DNA of 32,000 nt from Thermosulfurimonas dismutans (lineage in GTDB: Bacteria > Desulfobacterota > Thermodesulfobacteria > Thermodesulfobacteriales > Thermodesulfobacteriaceae), in assembly GCF_001652585.1 (NCBI RefSeq), contig NZ_LWLG01000001.1, positions 360,001 through 392,000 on the forward strand. The letters are read 5' to 3'. Shown in pieces: positions 15,523 to 25,531 of this stretch. Under the pieces are notes generated by a model. The model was given only the letters and a program-made list of their open reading frames with translations. It was not told the DNA's origin and did no database searches. The position numbers were made by a program, and so were the translations under genes. Numbering within the stretch: position 1 is the stretch's first letter; every line of letters starts with the position of its first letter.

Positions 15523-18518
15523 ATACGGATTTGGATCGAGCTTCCCTCCTTTCCGGGTATGACTTCCAAGATGGCCGGAATGCGATCCCGGAGTTCTCTA
15601 ACATGGGAGATGAGGCCTACCAGACGACCTCCGGCTTTTAGTCTTCCAAGCACGGAAAGGGCTGTTTCCAGGGCTTCGGGATCAAGATTGCCAAAGCCCT
15701 CGTCGATGAAAAGACATTCAAGAGGCCTTCCGCCGGAAAATTCCTGAACCACTTCGGAGACCGAAAGGGCCAGGGCCAAAGCGGCTAAAAACGATTCTCC
15801 ACCCGAAAGGGTGGCCACCGGTCGGGTCTTGCCGTGCCAGGCATCAAAAATCAATAGATCGAGCCCTGCAGCTCGTCGGCGGTCCAACACTTCGGTTTCC
15901 CGCAACAGGGTGTAACGTCCGCCGCTCATACTTCGAAGTTTTTCCGAAGCCCGAAAGAGGATCCTTTCAAGGAGGGCTGAGAGCACAAATCGATGAAAAG
16001 AGAGTCGTTTTTCGTTTTGTCCGGAAAGAAAGGCCGACAGCCTTGCCACCAGACGGTAACGTTTCTCCGTTTCTCGAAGCTCTTCGGCCAGTCTCTCGAT
16101 CTCATTCTTTCTAGCTGCAAGGGTTTCCTTCCTTTCATGAAGGCGGGCCAGTTCCTCCCTCAGAACCTGCTCTTGTTTTCTGAGCTCTTCACACCTGGCT
16201 TTCATTTCATCTACTGCCGGCGGACTTTTCGCCCGAAGTTTGGTCTCTAGTTCTTGGAACTGGTGCTTTAAGATCTGAAATTCTTCTTCGAAGGTTTGTA
16301 CCCGGCGTTGATACTCCGCCTTCTTGCCGTCTTCAAGTCTTGCGGCTAGGAAGGCCTTTCGGTCTTCGAAGCCGGCTTCTCTCAGGGCGATCTCAAATCG
16401 GGCTTCAAGATCCTTCTTTTCTTCTAAAACCTCTTCTTGACGTCGCGCAATCTCCTTGAGCAGTTGACGGAGCCCCTCTTTGCGAGCCGATAGTTCTGAG
16501 AGCCTTTTCTCAAGGCCCCTTAAATGGCTTTCCCAGCGCTCACAGGTGCTCGTCAGTTCTTGGATGTGCCTGAGGATAGTTGGGGAGTCTTGTTTTTCGG
16601 GGACTTCGTTTCTCAAAGTGGCTATTTGGCTCTTGAGGGCTTCCATTCGAAGGGTCAGGTCTTCCTTTTCCCGCTGAAGTTCTTCTTTGCGAGTTTTGAG
16701 GCTGTTGAGTTCGTTTCTTATTTTTTCGGCCCTCTGGGTAAGCTTTCCAAGGGTTTCCGCCTGTCTTCTCTTTTCCTGATAAAGTCTTTCCAGTTCTGCC
16801 TGTTCTCGGGCTAATTTTTCAGGATCTTCCTCACTGGAAATATCTTTGCCAAACCTTTCAAGCTCCTCGAGAAGGGTCCGGGCTCGTTCCTTGAGGCCCT
16901 CCAGTTTGGCTATTCGAGCTTGTAAAGCCTTTTCCTTTTCATTGATTTTGGCCTCCAGACTTTCGGGGTCTTCTGCCATAAGGGCTTCCGGGGGCGAGGC
17001 CGGATAAGGATGCTCTCTTGAGCCGCAGACTGGGCAGGGTACTCCTGGTTCTAGCTTTCGCGCCAGTTCCCAGGCCGTATGCTTCCATCTTAGTTCTTGG
17101 AAAATAGCTAATCTTTGCCTGAGAGCCGAAAGTTCTTTTTTCTGGGCCTGGATTTCTGACAGAAGTCTTTGCCTTTCTACCGATATTCGGGAGAGTTCCG
17201 CTTTTAACCGCTGGCTTTCTCGGAGTTTTTCAAGCATACGTTTCCGGACCTGGAGTCTTTCGAAAATGGAGGAGGCTTCATCGCCGGCTCGAAAAGCCTC
17301 TTCCTGAGCCCTCTGGACTTTCTCGAGTTCTTTTTCTAGGAGATTTTCCTTCTGTAAGAAAGATTCAAGTCTTCTTCTGAGAGTTGAAGAGCGGTCTTCC
17401 AGTTGCTTTAACTCTTTCTGGAGGGTCTCTAGCTTGGCCAAAAGTGGGAGTTTTTCCTTGAGGAGAAGGGCCTCCTTCTTTAGTTTTTCCATTTCCTCTT
17501 TGCGGGCCGATTCTTGCTCATACCGATGGAGGGTCTCGGCCGAAATTCGTTCCAAATCTTGGAGGCTCTTATGGATCTCGGCTTGCCGTTTTTGGTCTTC
17601 GAGTAGCCCCTTTTCGATGCGAATAAGGGCCTCATAGAGAGGAAAGATTTTTTCGGCAGCTTCAGCCTTGAGGAGGCGGCTTTTCAGAGTCTCTACGATC
17701 GGTCTTTGATGTTCGAGTTCATCAAGGCGTTTGCGGGTTTTCTCAAGCTTACGAAACTTTTCGGCCAGCTTCAGGGCCTCCTCAAGTCGGGCTTCTTTCC
17801 TGCGGAGACGCTCCTCGATCTCAGATAGTCTCTCCCTGAAGCGGGCTTCTTTTTCTTTAAGGCGATGTATTTCTTGCAAAAGTTCGGATAACTCCGAAAA
17901 GCCTTCGGCTTTGAGCAGGCTCTCGTAGGCCGCTCTTAGTTCTGAGATCCTTTCTCGGGTGGTCTGCTCGAGCTTTTTGAAATATTCCTCGATTTCAAGG
18001 AAGCGTTCGGTCTGAAAGATGGTCTTGAGGAGGCTTTCTCGTTCTTCGCCTCGGGCTAGGAGTATTTCTCGGAATTTTCCCTGCGGGATTAGGAGTACCC
18101 GGCGGAATTCTTTGGCTGAAAAACCTAGGAGCTCCTTTATTTTGCGGTTGACCTCGGTTATACGGTGGGCTAGCAGGCATTCCTCTTCCCAAAGGGCGGC
18201 CTCTTTGCGAAGGTCATGGCGGGCTTCCGTAAGTACCCTTCGTACCCGATAACGACGGCCTCTAAGGAGGAATTCCAGTTCCGCAAGGGTGGCTATTCTA
18301 TTGGAAGCTTTAAGGTTTCTAAGATCCCGGTCTCGCTTTTCTTCCAGACTGGTTTCACCATAAAGGGCAAAGGTTAAGGCATCAAAAATAGTGCTCTTTC
18401 CGGCTCCGGTGGGCCCGGTTATTAAAAAAAGTCCATGTCTTTCGAAAGAGCTGAAGTCGATTTCAACTGGCTGGAGATAGGGACCAAGGGCCTGGATTTT
18501 GAGCTTTAGCGGTCGCAT
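15519..18518 (-). CDS. sbcC: SbcC/Rad50-family exonuclease ATPase subunit
   Basis: Walker A GPTGAGKST, a coiled coil of about 700 aa, zinc hook GVPCPVCGS, ABC signature LSGGESF, and Walker B/D-loop LFIDEGFGNLD. Confidence 0.93.
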   Translation of the reverse strand: MRPLKLKIQALGPYLQPVEIDFSSFERHGLFLITGPTGAGKSTIFDALTFALYGETSLEEKRDRDLRNLKASNRIATLAELEFLLRGRRYRVRRVLTEARHDLRKEAALWEEECLLAHRITEVNRKIKELLGFSAKEFRRVLLIPQGKFREILLARGEERESLLKTIFQTERFLEIEEYFKKLEQTTRERISELRAAYESLLKAEGFSELSELLQEIHRLKEKEARFRERLSEIEERLRRKEARLEEALKLAEKFRKLEKTRKRLDELEHQRPIVETLKSRLLKAEAAEKIFPLYEALIRIEKGLLEDQKRQAEIHKSLQDLERISAETLHRYEQESARKEEMEKLKKEALLLKEKLPLLAKLETLQKELKQLEDRSSTLRRRLESFLQKENLLEKELEKVQRAQEEAFRAGDEASSIFERLQVRKRMLEKLRESQRLKAELSRISVERQRLLSEIQAQKKELSALRQRLAIFQELRWKHTAWELARKLEPGVPCPVCGSREHPYPASPPEALMAEDPESLEAKINEKEKALQARIAKLEGLKERARTLLEELERFGKDISSEEDPEKLAREQAELERLYQEKRRQAETLGKLTQRAEKIRNELNSLKTRKEELQREKEDLTLRMEALKSQIATLRNEVPEKQDSPTILRHIQELTSTCERWESHLRGLEKRLSELSARKEGLRQLLKEIARRQEEVLEEKKDLEARFEIALREAGFEDRKAFLAARLEDGKKAEYQRRVQTFEEEFQILKHQFQELETKLRAKSPPAVDEMKARCEELRKQEQVLREELARLHERKETLAARKNEIERLAEELRETEKRYRLVARLSAFLSGQNEKRLSFHRFVLSALLERILFRASEKLRSMSGGRYTLLRETEVLDRRRAAGLDLLIFDAWHGKTRPVATLSGGESFLAALALALSVSEVVQEFSGGRPLECLFIDEGFGNLDPEALETALSVLGRLKAGGRLVGLISHVRELRDRIPAILEVIPGKEGSSIQIRI

Positions 18519-18653
18519 TTTTTATATATTTTCTTTTCTAGGACTTCAATATAAAAATATATGGGCAAGGCTTTCTCTTTTGAAACGTCATTGCAAGAGA
18601 AAATTTTTTAAGTTATTTTCTCTATTATAGCTTATCTCAAGGAGTAAGGAGAC

Positions 18654-20579
18654 ATGCAACCTGAAAAAACCATTTTCCTATCTTTGTTTCTGGCAGTAGT
18701 TTCAGCCTTTGTCCCTGTAATAGGAAAGTTTACAGAGTTATGGGCTTATATTTTTCCATTCTTGACGTTGATTTTGGTAGGTTTTGCTTTTCTAAAGTTT
18801 AGGACCATGAAGACCCTTTGTCAGAAAGCCGCTCAAAGGATGGAGGGGTACACACATTTAGAGTTCAAGGATGTGGTCTGTGGAGAGGAATTGCCGGGAG
18901 TTTTGGCTCCCATGGCAGACAAAGTAGCCAACTTTGCGGCTCTAGTTTCAGCCCAGCTTAACACTTTGGCCCAACAGGCTAGGGTGCTTTCGGAGGTCAA
19001 AGACTTTGTAGGGGATTCCGCCGAAAAAATAATGACCTATGCCGAGAAGACGGACCAGTTCGCTTTGGATATGTTGAATTCTGCTTCTCGGACCGCTCAG
19101 GATGTAGAAACTCTAACCCAGGCTCTTACAGATTTAAATACCGCGGCCTCTGAAATCGCAAGTAGCATCGCCCATACTGCACAAAAGACTTCCGAGGCCC
19201 GAGAGAAGGCCATCCAGGCCAAGGAAACCATTGAGAAACTTCTTGAAAGTTCGGAAAAGATAGGTTCAGTAGCTCAGGTTATAAACGATATTGCGGATCA
19301 GACCAATCTTTTAGCCCTTAATGCTACCATTGAGGCCGCTCGGGCCGGCGAGGCCGGCAAAGGCTTCGCGGTAGTGGCCAATGAGGTCAAGGAGTTGGCC
19401 CGTCAGACCGCCGAAGCCACCAAGGAAATTACCCATATTATAGAAAACATCCAGGCCGATACCCGCCGGGCCGTAGAGGCTGTGGAAAGCATTACTGGTG
19501 GGGTGCTCGAGATAGACGATTTAGCCAATACCATTGCCTCGGCCAGTGAAGAACAAACGGCTACCATCGCAGACATTACGCAAAACATCGAAAACGTAAA
19601 AGCCTTGGTGGAAAAGACTTACCAGCAGGCCGAGACCTTAATGAAGCATACCAGAGATTTTGGAGAACTCAGAAATCTTCTTGAGACCTCCAGGGTCTCA
19701 GTGGAAAGCATCGCTCTAGAAAATAATGTGCTCCTTTCTGGTCTAGTGTTGGAAGATCACTTTTTTGAAAAGGCTCAGAAGTGTCTGGATGAACACATCC
19801 ATCTTAAGATTATCCTTTTAAAGCATTACGAGTGGGTAAACGAAGTCATAAACGGCCTGGTACTCGGGAAACCTCCGGAGGTGCAGACGGATCCTAATTT
19901 GTGTGCTTTGGGTGAGTTCCTGAAGTCTTATAGGCCCGATGCAAAGACCGAGCCTATTCTTGAGGAACTTCTTCCTCTGCATGAGGAACTTCATCGTTCG
20001 GCCATTGAGATCCAAAAGAGGCTTGCGGCTAATGACCGGGAGGGGGCGTTATCCTATTTCGAGAAAGAGACGCTTCCGATCTTTTTCCGGATATCTGAAC
20101 TTTTTAATCGCTGGATAACAGCCGTGGGGGGGAGGGTAGAAGAGGTCTCCTTGGTTCGCAAGGAGACCCAGGAGGAATTTATGAGCTGGGGGCCTCAGCT
20201 TGAAATCGGTATCAGGGAGATAGATCAGCAACACCGAAAGTTGGTCTCGATGGTGAACGCCCTCTATGGCGCCATTAAGGAAGGTAAAGACAAAGAGTCC
20301 CTGGGCGAACTATTGAACGAGCTGGTCTCTTACACCGACTATCACTTTAAGACCGAGGAATATTACTTCGATAAGTTCGGCTATCCGGAAGGTGAGATTC
20401 ACAAGGAAATTCATCGTAAGCTTACGCAAAAAGTGTTAGACTTCAAGGAGAAGTTTGACCGAGGTGAGGCTACCATTTCCTACGACCTGCTTAACTTTCT
20501 CAAGGACTGGTTGGTTAACCACATCGGTAAAACCGACAAAAAGTACGGGCCTTTCCTTAAGGAAAAAGGGGTTAAGTAG
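18654..20579 (+). CDS. Methyl-accepting chemotaxis protein with a TM hairpin, MA domain, CZB domain and C-terminal hemerythrin domain
   Basis: Two closely spaced TM helices with almost no periplasmic loop, then the MA core [34 protein letters not shown]. The CZB pattern is HYEW...CALGEF...HEELH. The hemerythrin ligand set is [20 protein letters not shown] and [14 protein letters not shown] lies upstream of the ATG. Confidence 0.9.
   Translation: MQPEKTIFLSLFLAVVSAFVPVIGKFTELWAYIFPFLTLILVGFAFLKFRTMKTLCQKAAQRMEGYTHLEFKDVVCGEELPGVLAPMADKVANFAALVSAQLNTLAQQARVLSEVKDFVGDSAEKIMTYAEKTDQFALDMLNSASRTAQDVETLTQALTDLNTAASEIASSIAHTAQKTSEAREKAIQAKETIEKLLESSEKIGSVAQVINDIADQTNLLALNATIEAARAGEAGKGFAVVANEVKELARQTAEATKEITHIIENIQADTRRAVEAVESITGGVLEIDDLANTIASASEEQTATIADITQNIENVKALVEKTYQQAETLMKHTRDFGELRNLLETSRVSVESIALENNVLLSGLVLEDHFFEKAQKCLDEHIHLKIILLKHYEWVNEVINGLVLGKPPEVQTDPNLCALGEFLKSYRPDAKTEPILEELLPLHEELHRSAIEIQKRLAANDREGALSYFEKETLPIFFRISELFNRWITAVGGRVEEVSLVRKETQEEFMSWGPQLEIGIREIDQQHRKLVSMVNALYGAIKEGKDKESLGELLNELVSYTDYHFKTEEYYFDKFGYPEGEIHKEIHRKLTQKVLDFKEKFDRGEATISYDLLNFLKDWLVNHIGKTDKKYGPFLKEKGVK
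19323..19423 (+). repeat. Copy B of the 101-nt near-identical segment shared by the two MCP genes
   Basis: Matches the reverse complement of 9989-10089 at 99/101 positions. The two mismatches are both synonymous third-position changes. Confidence 0.9.
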
Positions 20580-21693
20580 AAAGGTGCCTTAAACTGTTAA
20601 GGCCCTCTTCAAAAAGATAAGTCTCTTCGCTTGAAGGGGGCCGGCCAGTTATTTCGCGGAGGAAGGCCTTGAAAAGCTCTCTTTCGTCAAGGCAGAGATC
20701 GATTTCGGGACTAGAAAGTTCTCCCCCCTCTCCCCGCAGGTAAGGGGTCTCAAGGGCTAGAAGATTCGGGAACACCTTCCTTAACCTTTCGAAAGCCTCG
20801 GGGACGGGATTTTCGTCTCTGAGGATGGCTTTTACGTAGGCTTCGGTTTTGGGATAGTGCAGTAGTTCTGCGAAATATTCTTCCACCACCAGAAATTCGC
20901 GTGGGGGAGTGAGAGGGATAAATTCTCGGTGTGGTCGGGCTTGGGAGCTGACCTCCAGGAGCACAACGCCCTTAGCTTGTCCGACCTCTGAAAAGGAAAG
21001 GGGGAGAAGAGAGCCGGAGTAGAGTACGTTTTCGGCTGGGCTCTGATGGCGATGGAGGTGACCGAGAAGGACGAGATCGAAATCCGAAAATAAAGACTCT
21101 GGAAGGGCTTCCTCACCTCCTACCCATAGATTGGTCTCGGAGTCCCCCTTTTTTCCACCCTCAACGAAAAGGTGGGCCGAAAGAATTCTTCGTTCTCCAC
21201 CCTTGGGAAGACTTTTTAAGAGAGTTTCCCAAAGATCTCGGATCTCTTGCGTATCTTCTGAAAGAAGGCCTCGCTGTTTAAGAAGTTCCCGCAACTCCAG
21301 AGGCGAAAGATGGGGTATGAGGAAGAAGTTGGTGTTCGAAATTTTTAGGGGTTCAAAAAGATAAGTGTCGGAAGAAGCCACAAAGATGTGGAGGCGAGAG
21401 AGTAAATCTCGGGCAAAGGCCAAGCGTTCGGCGCTATCGTGATTCCCCGGCAGAAGAATGATCTTGGTGCCGGTCTCATGTAGCCGAGTCAAGATTTCGC
21501 TTAAAAGGGAAACGGCTTCGGCCGGAGGGATCGGCCGGTCGAAGATGTCTCCGGCTACAAGGACGACATCTGGTTTGAAGTCCCGTACGAGAGGCACCAA
21601 TTCCCGTTCGAAGAGAAGGGCTTGGTCTTCGGTGAGATGTAGGCCATGAAAGAGTTTGCCGAGATGCCAGTCCGCAGTGTGGAGGATTCTCAT
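20572..21693 (-). CDS. sbcD: SbcD/Mre11-family nuclease subunit
   Basis: Calcineurin-like phosphoesterase motifs [26 protein letters not shown] and LLGHLH. The start overlaps the argH stop (ATGA). Confidence 0.92.
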   Translation of the reverse strand: MRILHTADWHLGKLFHGLHLTEDQALLFERELVPLVRDFKPDVVLVAGDIFDRPIPPAEAVSLLSEILTRLHETGTKIILLPGNHDSAERLAFARDLLSRLHIFVASSDTYLFEPLKISNTNFFLIPHLSPLELRELLKQRGLLSEDTQEIRDLWETLLKSLPKGGERRILSAHLFVEGGKKGDSETNLWVGGEEALPESLFSDFDLVLLGHLHRHQSPAENVLYSGSLLPLSFSEVGQAKGVVLLEVSSQARPHREFIPLTPPREFLVVEEYFAELLHYPKTEAYVKAILRDENPVPEAFERLRKVFPNLLALETPYLRGEGGELSSPEIDLCLDERELFKAFLREITGRPPSSEETYLFEEGLNSLRHLST

Positions 21694-23087
21694 GGAAGAT
21701 TTTCGCTTTCGAGTTGGCGCCTGGCGCTGGCGATGGCTTCACGGACCCTTTCTGGAGCCGTGCCTCCTAAGGTTCGACGGCGGGCCACGGAGCCTTCTAC
21801 TGTGAGCCACTCGTAGACGTCCGCTTCTATGCTTTCGGAAAACCGCCGCAGTTCCTCAAGACTGAGCTCCCACAGTTTGACTCCCTTCTCCTCGGCATAA
21901 GCTACGATTTTACCAGTAATTTCGTGAGCCTCCCGAAAAGGGATACCCTTCATAACCAGGTAGTCGGCGAGATCCGTGGCCGTGGTGTAGCCCTCTTCGG
22001 CGGCGGCTCGTAGGCGTGCAGCGCGTGGCTTTAGTCCCGAAACCATGAGGGTTGCAAGTTTCAAAGACCGCTTCACCGTGTCCGCGGTGTCAAAGACCGG
22101 CTCCTTGTCCTCCTGAAGGTCGCGGTTGTAAGTAAGAGGAAGCCCTTTGAGTACGGTTAACAGGGCCATGAGGTGACCATAAACCCGGCCGGTCTTTCCA
22201 CGGATTAGTTCGGCCACGTCGGGATTCTTTTTTTGGGGCATGATGGAACTGCCCGTGCAGAGGGCATCCGGAAGATCGATAAAGCCGAACTCCGGACTCA
22301 TCCACAGGATGACCTCTTCGCATAGTCTTGAAAGATGCATCATGACTATTGCGGAGTTGAAGAGAAACTCCAGGGCGTAGTCTCGATCTGAGACCGCGTC
22401 CAGGCTGTTGGCAGCCGGTTTCTCAAAATCTAATTCTTGAGCGGTAAGCTCTCTATCTAGGGGGTAGGGAGTGCCGGCCAGAGCCGCCGAGCCGAGGGGA
22501 GAGATCCGGAGGCGTTTTAAGGCCTCTCGGAAACGTTCGGCGTCCCGGGTGAACATCTCGTAATAGGCCATAAGGTGATGGGAGAAAAGTACGGGCTGGG
22601 CGTGCTGAAGATGGGTAAAACCCGGCATGATGACGTCTAGATGGGCTTCGGCCTTGGCTACCAGGACTTGCCGTAAGTCTTTGAGAAGCGATAGGATATC
22701 TCGGGTTTCGTCTATGAGATAGAGCTTGAAGTCAGTGGCGACCTGGTCGTTTCGGCTGCGACCGGTGTGAAGCTTTCCGGCAAGGGGGCCGATCCTTTCA
22801 AAGAGGGCCCGTTCGATATTCATATGGACGTCTTCAAGCTCCATGCGGAACTTAAACCGGCCTTCGCGGATCTCGCGTTCGATGGCCTTGAGGCCCTCTG
22901 AAAGCCTTTGGGCTTCCTCTTCAGTAAGGAGCCCAGCTTTTTGTAAGGCCTTCACGTGGGCTAGGCTTCCTCGAATGTCATGGAGGGCGAGTCGGCGATC
23001 AAAGGAAACCGATTCCGTGAATTCCTCTACCAGCCGATCAGTGGCTTCCCGGAAGCGTCCTCCCCAAGGCTTTCTTAGCTCCGCCAT
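21690..23087 (-). CDS. argH: Argininosuccinate lyase
   Basis: N-terminus KPWGGRFREATD, the fumarate-lyase signature region GSSIMPQKKNPD, and a length of 465 aa. Confidence 0.96.
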   Translation of the reverse strand: MAELRKPWGGRFREATDRLVEEFTESVSFDRRLALHDIRGSLAHVKALQKAGLLTEEEAQRLSEGLKAIEREIREGRFKFRMELEDVHMNIERALFERIGPLAGKLHTGRSRNDQVATDFKLYLIDETRDILSLLKDLRQVLVAKAEAHLDVIMPGFTHLQHAQPVLFSHHLMAYYEMFTRDAERFREALKRLRISPLGSAALAGTPYPLDRELTAQELDFEKPAANSLDAVSDRDYALEFLFNSAIVMMHLSRLCEEVILWMSPEFGFIDLPDALCTGSSIMPQKKNPDVAELIRGKTGRVYGHLMALLTVLKGLPLTYNRDLQEDKEPVFDTADTVKRSLKLATLMVSGLKPRAARLRAAAEEGYTTATDLADYLVMKGIPFREAHEITGKIVAYAEEKGVKLWELSLEELRRFSESIEADVYEWLTVEGSVARRRTLGGTAPERVREAIASARRQLESENLP

Positions 23088-24358
23088 ACGATTCGCCCCT
23101 CCACCATAGTCATGACCGTCCGTCCTTTCATTTCCCAGCCGAGAAAGGGACTATTTTTACTTCTGGAATGTAGATTTTCCTCGGTAACTACCCAGGTCTC
23201 TTCGGGATCGATCAGGGTGATATCCGCCGGTGAGCCCGGTTTGAGCGTACCTCCCGGGACCTTCAAAATACGGGCAGGGCTGGTGGCAAGTAGTTCTACC
23301 ATACGCAGGGGGGAGAGGAGCCCCTCCCTTACAAGGTTAAGGGTTAGCGGCACCGCGGTCTCAAGCCCGATGAGACCGAAGGCCGCTGCCGGAAACTCCA
23401 CCTTTTTTTCAAGAGGACCGTGGGGAGCGTGGTCCGTGGCGATGGCGTCGATTACGCCTTCGGCCAGAGCCTGTCTTATGGCCTCGCGATCTTTTGCCGT
23501 GCGAAGAGGTGGGTTCACTTTGGCGTTGGTGTTGTATTCCAGGACGGCTTCTTCGGTAAGGGTAAAGTAGTGGGGAGCCGTTTCCGCGGTTACCGGAAGC
23601 CCGGATTCCTTGGCGCGACGAATGATCTCCACACCTAGAGCCGTAGAAACATGGGCGATGTGGATGGGATAGCCTACCAGTCCGGCGAGGGCCACTTCCC
23701 GAAAGATGGCTACGGCCTCGGCTTCTGCCGGAATGCCTTTAAGCCCCAGTCTGGCGGCCACCATACCCTCATTGATCTGCCCCCCGGCGGAAAGCCCGGG
23801 ATCTTCGGTATGCGAGATAACCGGGAGATCGAAACTCCGGGCATACTCCAGAGCCATTCGCATGAGTCCGGAATCCGCGACGGGCCGTCCATCGTCGGAG
23901 ACCGCTACGGCCCCGGCTTCCTTGAGTTCGCCGAAAGGCGCAAGGTTTTCTCCTTTTTGCCCCTTGGAAATACAGGCCACAGGATAGACCCTGGTGAGGG
24001 CTACTTCGCGGGCTCTGTCAAGGATATAACGGGTAACCTCGGGGGAATCATTGGGAGGCTTGGTGTTGGGCATACAGGCCACTGCGGTGAAACCCCCGGC
24101 CGCCGCTGCCCGCGTGCCGCTCTCTATGTCCTCCTTCCATTCCTCTCCCGGTTCCCGCAGATGGACGTGCATATCGATGAGCCCAGGCACGAGCCAGAGC
24201 CCCCGGGCAGAAACCACCTCGGTGGCGGCTTCCGCCGGGATCTTCCGATCTATAGTCCGGATAAGACCGTCTTCGATAAGAAGGTCGCCTTCCAAGTCTA
24301 GGTTCTGCGAAGGATCAAGGATACGGGCACCTTTGATGAGGAGTTTCATGGCGTTCAT
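23075..24358 (-). CDS. pyrC: Dihydroorotase
   Basis: Amidohydrolase metal motif DMHVHLREPG, ...HIAHVST..., ATDHAPH, and a length of 427 aa. A 13-nt overlap with the argH start. Confidence 0.93.
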   Translation of the reverse strand: MNAMKLLIKGARILDPSQNLDLEGDLLIEDGLIRTIDRKIPAEAATEVVSARGLWLVPGLIDMHVHLREPGEEWKEDIESGTRAAAAGGFTAVACMPNTKPPNDSPEVTRYILDRAREVALTRVYPVACISKGQKGENLAPFGELKEAGAVAVSDDGRPVADSGLMRMALEYARSFDLPVISHTEDPGLSAGGQINEGMVAARLGLKGIPAEAEAVAIFREVALAGLVGYPIHIAHVSTALGVEIIRRAKESGLPVTAETAPHYFTLTEEAVLEYNTNAKVNPPLRTAKDREAIRQALAEGVIDAIATDHAPHGPLEKKVEFPAAAFGLIGLETAVPLTLNLVREGLLSPLRMVELLATSPARILKVPGGTLKPGSPADITLIDPEETWVVTEENLHSRSKNSPFLGWEMKGRTVMTMVEGRIVWRS

Positions 24359-24537
24359 AAAAACTAAATTTTAATCTAATCCTTAAGTTATTCCCACCAT
24401 AAAAATCAGACCAGCAGATATGGCCTTCCCTAAAGAAGACGCATAGCCGGAGTTTAAGGAAGTTTTAATGCCAGCCATTGCTACCGCTAGGGCGAGATTT
24501 GAGGGCCAATTTCTGAATTCAAAAAGTGGTCGCGGTC

Positions 24538-25470
24538 TCATGTTTCAGAGGCTTTAAGCAGCAAGAGAAGCAGGGCCATTCTTACGGCCACACCATTTTC
24601 TACCTGATCTAGGATGACCTGGCCAGGGAAATCTTCAAGCTCTGGGGCGAGCTCTATGCCCCAGTTGATGGGACCGGGATGCATGAGGATGGCGCCTTCG
24701 GCGGCCAGGGAGAGGACCCTGCGGTTTAGCCCGAAGTAGCGGGCGTATTCATGGAAGTTTGGGAAAAGTGGCCGACCGTGACGTTCCTTCTGGACCCGTA
24801 GGGCCATGACCACGTCTGCCCCTTCCACAGCTTCTTCCAGTCGTAGGCACACCTTGGCCCCCAAGGCTTCCCTTTCCGGTGGTAGAAGGGTACCCGGACC
24901 GGAGACATATACTTCGGCTCCCATCTTACGAAAGGCCAAGATGTCTGAGTGGGCCACCCGGCTGTGGCGGATGTCTCCGATGATAGCCACTTTCAGCCCT
25001 TTTAGGGTGCCTTTTTTCTCCCACACAGTAAGGAGATCGAGCAAGGCCTGAGTGGGGTGCTCATGAAAGCCGTCTCCGGCGTTGATGACCCCGGCTCGCA
25101 CGTGACGAGCCACGAAATGCGGGGCCCCCGAGGCCGGATGTCTTATCACGAAGAGATCCGGCCCCATGGCTTCCACGTTTTTGACGGTATCAAGGAGATT
25201 TTCGCCCTTCTCCAGGCTGCTTCCCCGGGCCGAAAAGTTCATGACCTCAGCCGAAAGGACCTTGGCCGCCCGTTCAAAGGAAAGCTTGGTCCGGGTGCTG
25301 GGCTCGAAAAAAAGGTTGGCCACCACCTTGCCTCTGAGAGTGGGGACCTTCGGTATAGGACGTTTTAGAACCTCTTTCAGGTTGTGAGCAGTTTTAAGAA
25401 TGGTCCAGATATCCTCCTCGGAAAGAGGCCCGATCTCAAGAAGATGTCGGTGGGGAAATTCTACGGCCAT
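24538..25470 (-). CDS. pyrB: Aspartate carbamoyltransferase catalytic subunit
   Basis: FFEPSTRTKLSFE, HPTQALLD, HPGP, and a length of 310 aa. No pyrI follows. Confidence 0.95.
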   Translation of the reverse strand: MAVEFPHRHLLEIGPLSEEDIWTILKTAHNLKEVLKRPIPKVPTLRGKVVANLFFEPSTRTKLSFERAAKVLSAEVMNFSARGSSLEKGENLLDTVKNVEAMGPDLFVIRHPASGAPHFVARHVRAGVINAGDGFHEHPTQALLDLLTVWEKKGTLKGLKVAIIGDIRHSRVAHSDILAFRKMGAEVYVSGPGTLLPPEREALGAKVCLRLEEAVEGADVVMALRVQKERHGRPLFPNFHEYARYFGLNRRVLSLAAEGAILMHPGPINWGIELAPELEDFPGQVILDQVENGVAVRMALLLLLLKASET

Positions 25471-25501
25471 GGATAGTCCCTATTTAGTGGAAACACCCAA
25501 A

Positions 25502-25531
25502 AATTTAGCAGAAACATCCTCAAGAGGTCAA
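25502..25531 (-). promoter_or_regulatory. Possible sigma70-type promoter for pyrB
   Basis: The minus strand reads TTGACC (25531-25526), an 18-nt spacer, then TAAATT (25507-25502). It lies about 30 nt upstream of ATG 25470. Confidence 0.4.

Noticed and set aside
9989-19423. The idea that inversion between the two MCP repeat copies would restore a contiguous sbcD-sbcC operon.
   Set aside because: Working through the geometry, inversion would place sbcC on the plus strand and farther from sbcD (minus strand). It therefore cannot regenerate sbcDC.
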